The notes under the pieces were generated by a model that saw only the letters and a program-made list of their open reading frames with translations, was not told the origin of the DNA and did no database searches. Positions 58,690 to 64,000 of a stretch of DNA of 64,000 bases are shown one piece after another; the first letter of the stretch is position 1; the number at the start of each line of letters is the position of its first letter. This stretch comes from Eledone cirrhosa (Eukaryota). The position numbers and the translations under genes were made by a program. The stretch is from assembly GCA_964016885.1 (NCBI GenBank), contig OZ024743.1:111848001-111912000 (forward strand). The letters are read 5' to 3'.

Positions 58690-59080
58690 AGCGCGGTGGA
58701 TGAGCAGCAACGGTAGAGCGTCGTGAAAGGTGCTAGGCTGCATAGAGTTATGGCCCTTTACAATATGAGGCCAAATCCCGCCGAGATTAGGTTTGCCTTT
58801 CAACATTATGTGGTAAATAAAATAAAATAATCGACTTTCCAATCCCCTGAAATTGTTGGCATTGTGCCTAAATCATTATTATTATTATTATTATTGTAGA
58901 GGCGCCATGCTTTGCAGCACAGTTACGTCCCTTTACGGACTGAGTTCAAATCCCGCCGAGGTTAACTTTGCCTTTCATCCTTGCGGGGTCGATAAAATAA
59001 AGTACCAGTAATACACTGGGATAATTGCTGGCCTTGTGCCAAAAGTAGTAACAATTATTATTATTATTATTATTATTATT
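58690..59080 (+). mobile_element. Two tandem SINE family B copies
   Basis: Same consensus with (ATT)n tails. Confidence 0.75.
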
Positions 59081-59081
59081 G

Positions 59082-59290
59082 CTGTCTATAAATAGCTGCC
59101 ACTCCTTGGGCACAAACGGCACCCCAATAACGTCAAACAGTCCAGGCACATCATGGCAGAAGCAGAGCCCATCCCTAAGAGTTTAAAAGCCTGAGAAAGG
59201 TTCGTGTCGACTTCTCTGACTTGAGACCTGCACCTCCTTCCTGACCATGTTCCACTGCTTCATCCTGGAGACGAATGCCTAAAACACAAT
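59082..59290 (-). mobile_element. Fragment of an unclassified DNA-transposon-like protein
   Basis: FCHDVPGLFDVIGVPFVPKEWQLFIDS motif. Confidence 0.5.
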
Positions 59291-59719
59291 TTACCCTTTA
59301 TTCAGGGTGCGAAAAATCCAGTATCAATAAATGTTTTTAATCCACTTTTTAACAATTTTATACTTTATTGCACTTTTATAATTTTCTTTAAGTATTACTC
59401 TTTATTTTATAATTTTAATTTAACCTGAAACATATATATAAAAATCATTTAACATAAGCAAATTAAACTTACATACAACGTAAAATCCAGCATACAAATA
59501 ATTCTAGTGAATAGCTTAGAATTTTTACAAACCCAAACATTTAACTGTTTAATAGCACTTTTTTTTATTTATTTGCGATCTAAGCAACACAAAAAAATGT
59601 TTACAAGCCAGGAACAGAGAAAAATGTTTTTGTTACACGGTGTAATTAACTGGGATCAATTTATTCAACTTTCCCCTCCCCAAAATGGCTGGCCTTGTGC
59701 CTATAGTAGAAATCATTAT

Positions 59720-60300
59720 TATGACCCTGTAGATGGCCTCCGCTTCTTCAAAACTGGTTCAATTAATGACCCCCTTGAGATAGAGGAAATGAAACATGTC
59801 ACATGGGCCAAGATCAGCTGAATAAGGAGGTTGTTCTATTCGGCCTGGGACTTCCGGATGCTCAGGGCGCTGTGAGCTGGCGAACTTCCCTTGATCTAAT
59901 ATTTAGTGATAATCTTCCAAACACTGTCGCAGTTCACTTGCAATCAGTCAAACAGTCAGCCGACGATTGCCACGCACCACCTTTCTTACGCGCTCAACTT
60001 CGGCCTCAGTCCTGCTGGTTGAAGTCCCTCCCGCTCATGGCGTCTTCTTACACGTCCTCGAATCCCTTTGTGCCACTCTAAAATCAGGGAGCGCGACATC
60101 GTCTCATCTTCGTACACTTATTGCAGTATTCCGAATCTTTCTGACCGAGTTTTCCACAGCCGGACCTGAAACCTGAGGCTGGTGTGTAGCTCTGTGCCTA
60201 TTGCTCGAGGTCCTAAAATTGAGTAGCTGTTATGAAAAACGCGCCAAAAAATATATAATGTCTGTGGAGAGCTGAGATCGCAGACATATACTCCCCGGAT
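59720..60300 (-). mobile_element. Decayed mariner-like remnant
   Basis: GC-rich relic resembling mariner transposase DNA; no long ORF. Confidence 0.4.
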
Positions 60301-60388
60301 ATTACGTCATATGGCAACGCTACTTGCTATTCCCTACACCACTCATACCTCACATAGCACACTATGTCCTGTTACTTATCAGACACGC

Positions 60389-60493
<105 letters not shown>

Positions 60494-60721
60494 GTACAAA
60501 TATAAATTAGCGAGAATCGCATTTCGGCTATTGCAAATTAGCGAAAAATAACTTCCGAGTTGTGTGGCAAGCGCTCCATAGAAACTAGTGAACTAGAGCA
60601 ACAACGTACGTTAAAATCCCAAACACACTGAGACGATGGTTAAACCATTATCCGCAAAGCCATAGAAACGACCAAGCTATCCGGGTCAAACAAATAATAA
60701 AATATATATATATGTGTGTTA

Positions 60722-60825
<104 letters not shown>

Positions 60826-61304
60826 ATGTGTGTAGGGGATGTAATTGCACTTCCAATTAATATGTGTAGCTTATTACGATTTGGAATGTTGCATAGACAT
60901 TTTATTTTTCCTCGATATCAGGGAAGAATTATACATATACAAATCAATAAATGCGACCTGCAGTAATTAAGTTGAATTACGTAATTTAATAAATGACTTA
61001 CGATTCCAACTCCCTCATAGAGTTAGTCCGATTTGCTGAACCCATAATTGAGTCTATTTACATTATTTCATTTTTGCCTCTTAAAAGTTGCTGAATTATT
61101 TATGTATTATTGAAGTGATTGGCACGTATACTTTAGAAGAATTAATTATGCAAAAATCACATGACAAGTGCTTCAATATTAATTACGCAAACTATATCGA
61201 TATCAGATTAAACGTAGAACAATATTCATCAAAGATTTAATGTTAAGGGTAACTATTCTTGAGGTAACCTGGGTATGTAATAGTCGAAACTCTTTATAAT
61301 TATA

Positions 61305-61670
61305 ATGATTTCTAGTATAAGCACAAGGCCAGTAATTTGGGGGAGGCGAAAGTCGATTAAATTGACCCCAGTGCTTTATTGGTACTTTATTTCATCAATT
61401 CTGTAAGGATGACAGGCAAAGCTAACCTGAGCATGATTTGAACTCAGACGGTAAAGGGCCATAACTATATGGCACAAAGTATGTTGTCCAACGTTCTACC
61501 GATACTGCCAATAATTATAATGATTTCTAGTATAGACACAAGGTCAGTAATTTGGGGATGGGTAGGGGAAAGTGAATTAAATCGACCCCCAGTACCCTTA
61601 CTGGAGTTTTATTTTATAGACCCCATAAGGATGAAAGGCAAAGTTAACCTCGGTGGGTTTTGAACTCAGA
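61305..61670 (-). mobile_element. Two tandem SINE family B copies
   Basis: Reverse-complement consensus. Confidence 0.72.
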
Positions 61671-62329
61671 CCAATTAGTGCTTTGGAAACCACAAGCAGT
61701 CACTAATAACAGAGGGCGCAACTCTCCTATTCCGATGTCATCTCCAGAGATTCTGGTATTGAAATCCCGGACTTAGCAACGGCAACGAACGTCAGCCCCC
61801 ACGTCCAGATCAATTGTTGAGTCGATTTCAGCTGAGGCCGCCGGATGATGCAATGAGTAAACTCTACATGTGTAAAATTAAAAGCAAACAAAGCACAGTT
61901 TCTATATATTTCCTATCCATATGGGCTACTAAACTATCGTTATTAAATGCTGATGAAGTTATCCTAATATACTAATACACACCCTGCTGTAAAGAAGGAA
62001 GATGACACATTGGTAATGCAGTCCAAGATACATCCAATAAAAAATAGCCACATGTGTGGATGGGTACGGAAAGCATGTTAATGTCGGTCTAACCATGCAA
62101 GGCTGGTTTGGTGTGATGAATGAAAAAATAATAAGATAGTGCAAATTCCTAAATCCGTGGAAACTGTTGAAGATGCGGCGTTACAAAAATTAGTCAAAAT
62201 ACGTCATCCATGCAACCAATTAATATGGTGAATAGAGAACCCTATATTTCAGGCATGCATAATTCGCCTGAATGTAAGAAAAGAGAGATTTTTTTTTTTT
62301 CACAAATAGGGATTTCTCATTGAGGAAAG

Positions 62330-63097
62330 TGGCTATGAATTTTGGGGAATGGCAAACTTTATTTAAATAAAACTCCCACACTTACTGATGCTTATTTGAG
62401 CGAGTTCAGAAGGATGAAGGGCAATGTTGACTACGGTGGTATTTGAAATGTAAAGAGTCAGAAAAAATACCGCAATGGCATTTTATTCGAAATAATTATC
62501 TCGAACATTGGCACACGACCAGTAAATTGAATGATTAGGAAATCAATTATATCAATTATACTTAACTGGAACTTTATTTTATCGATCCCAGGAAAATGAA
62601 ATGCTAGTTTGACTTTCGTGAGATTTAAACACAAAATGTATTAAGGACATTTTATTGAAATGACATTTTATTCGACTTTCTACCAAATAATGGATTCCGC
62701 TTTAGGCACAAGACCAACAATTTGGGGGAAGAGGAATGTGGATCAAATCGACCCAGTGCGGTTCTAGTATTTTATTTTATCGACACGGTAAGGACAAAAA
62801 CGTAAATCTAACCTCGTTGGGATTTGAACTCAGAACGTAATTCTATGACACAAAACATGTACGATTCTCTACCAAATAATAATGCTTTCTTATTTAGGCA
62901 CAAGGCCAGCAACTTTTGGGGAGGGTAAAGTCGATTAAATTGACCCCAGTGCGTGACTGGTACTTTATTTTATCGACCCCGTAAGGATGAAAAGCAAAGT
63001 TAACCTCGGCGGTATATAAACTCAGATCATAGAGGAGCGTAACTCTGTGCTGCAAAGCTTGGCGTCCAACCCTCTACCGATACTGCCAATCCACCAA
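62330..63097 (-). mobile_element. Four tandem SINE family B copies of varying age
   Basis: Repeated TTTATTTTATCGA..GGATGAAA motif. Confidence 0.7.
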
Positions 63098-63502
63098 ATG
63101 ATAATAAGAAAGATTAACCTAAATGATTAGACATGAACAAAGTAGAAATGATATAGCAGATAAAGTACTCATACATAACCCAATATATAAGCTGTTGTCA
63201 TGGCTGTATTTCTTTAAAGATAGGTCTGTTGAATGATGATTGGCCTGCATTAAATACAATGTTGTTGAGGTTGATCTTCTTACTACTAGTATGTTGCTGT
63301 TGGTGCTAAATTTGCTGTTGTAATCATCCAGGATTAGACAGATTGAGTAGGAATTATATTCCAGTTCTGACCATCGAAACTGTTCGTTTGTGTGTTTGTT
63401 TACCCATTTGTTGTTTGTTTACATATTTTATATAGAACTAAAATCTTCGATATCGTAACGTACGATATAACGAGAGATATATTGAATATTTCAAGCAGAA
63501 CA

Positions 63503-63722
63503 AGGGCGGTGGATTGGTAGACTTGGTATAGTGTCGGACAACGTGCTTCATGGCATAGTGTTACGCCCCTTTACTATCTGAGTTCAAATCCTGCCGAGGT
63601 TAACTTTCCCTTTCATCCTTACCGCGGTTTATAAAATAAAGTACCAGTAATGCACTGGTGTCAAGTAATCGACTTCCCCCCTCCAAAAACATCGATGGCC
63701 TTGCGCCTAAATCAGAAACCAA
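63503..63722 (+). mobile_element. SINE family B
   Basis: Full consensus. Confidence 0.75.
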
Positions 63723-63881
63723 TACTTCTAGCAGGACAAATAAACGTGTAGAGCCCGCCTCATTGTCTCAACATCAATATTTTTTCTGTGACATTAATGA
63801 TACATTTATGATACGTTGATACGACTTATGAGATTTATGTTTGGGGAGACGATAAGTATTAAACGTAATACAAAATAATTA

Positions 63882-64000
63882 CCGTATTTCCCGGCGCCGA
63901 AGACGCCTCGTCCTCGAAGACGTACCCTAATTTTCACAACAAAAAGTTTGAAAAAAAATAATAAACAACCTTCGGCCTCCAGGACGCATGGTAGACTTTT
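63882..64000 (+). mobile_element. Left end of a probable pogo-like MITE
   Basis: TA|CCGTATTTCCCGGCG..AAGACG repeats; cut off by the window edge. Confidence 0.5.

Noticed and set aside
61672-61860. Possible host exon
   Set aside because: Stops are present; more likely a LINE endonuclease relic (DFNT-like motif on minus).

Overview
AT-rich eukaryotic intergenic or intronic DNA dominated by (TA)n/(CA)n/(GA)n microsatellites and mobile elements. No host protein-coding exon is recognisable. The SINE and microsatellite style suggests an octopus/coleoid genome (inference). The window holds one near-intact Penelope-like retroelement of probable Naiad type (RT + GIY-YIG, 41377-45182), three decayed relatives and about a dozen short fold-back PLE-end insertions in (TA)n tracts. 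There are also RTE and Tx1/L1 LINE remnants, hAT, Tc1/mariner and pogo relics, a Helitron-like element and many tRNA-derived SINEs. The main hidden signal is more than 20 type I hammerhead ribozyme (HHR) motifs, from at least 12 sequence families, folded by eye. Two families use the rare compensated U3-A8 core (UUGANAA). Others have U4A/U4C cores or very long stem II inserts. Two non-coding HHR-bearing tandem units (591 bp and about 482 bp) look like retrozymes. Ribozyme activity and family names are inferred, not tested.
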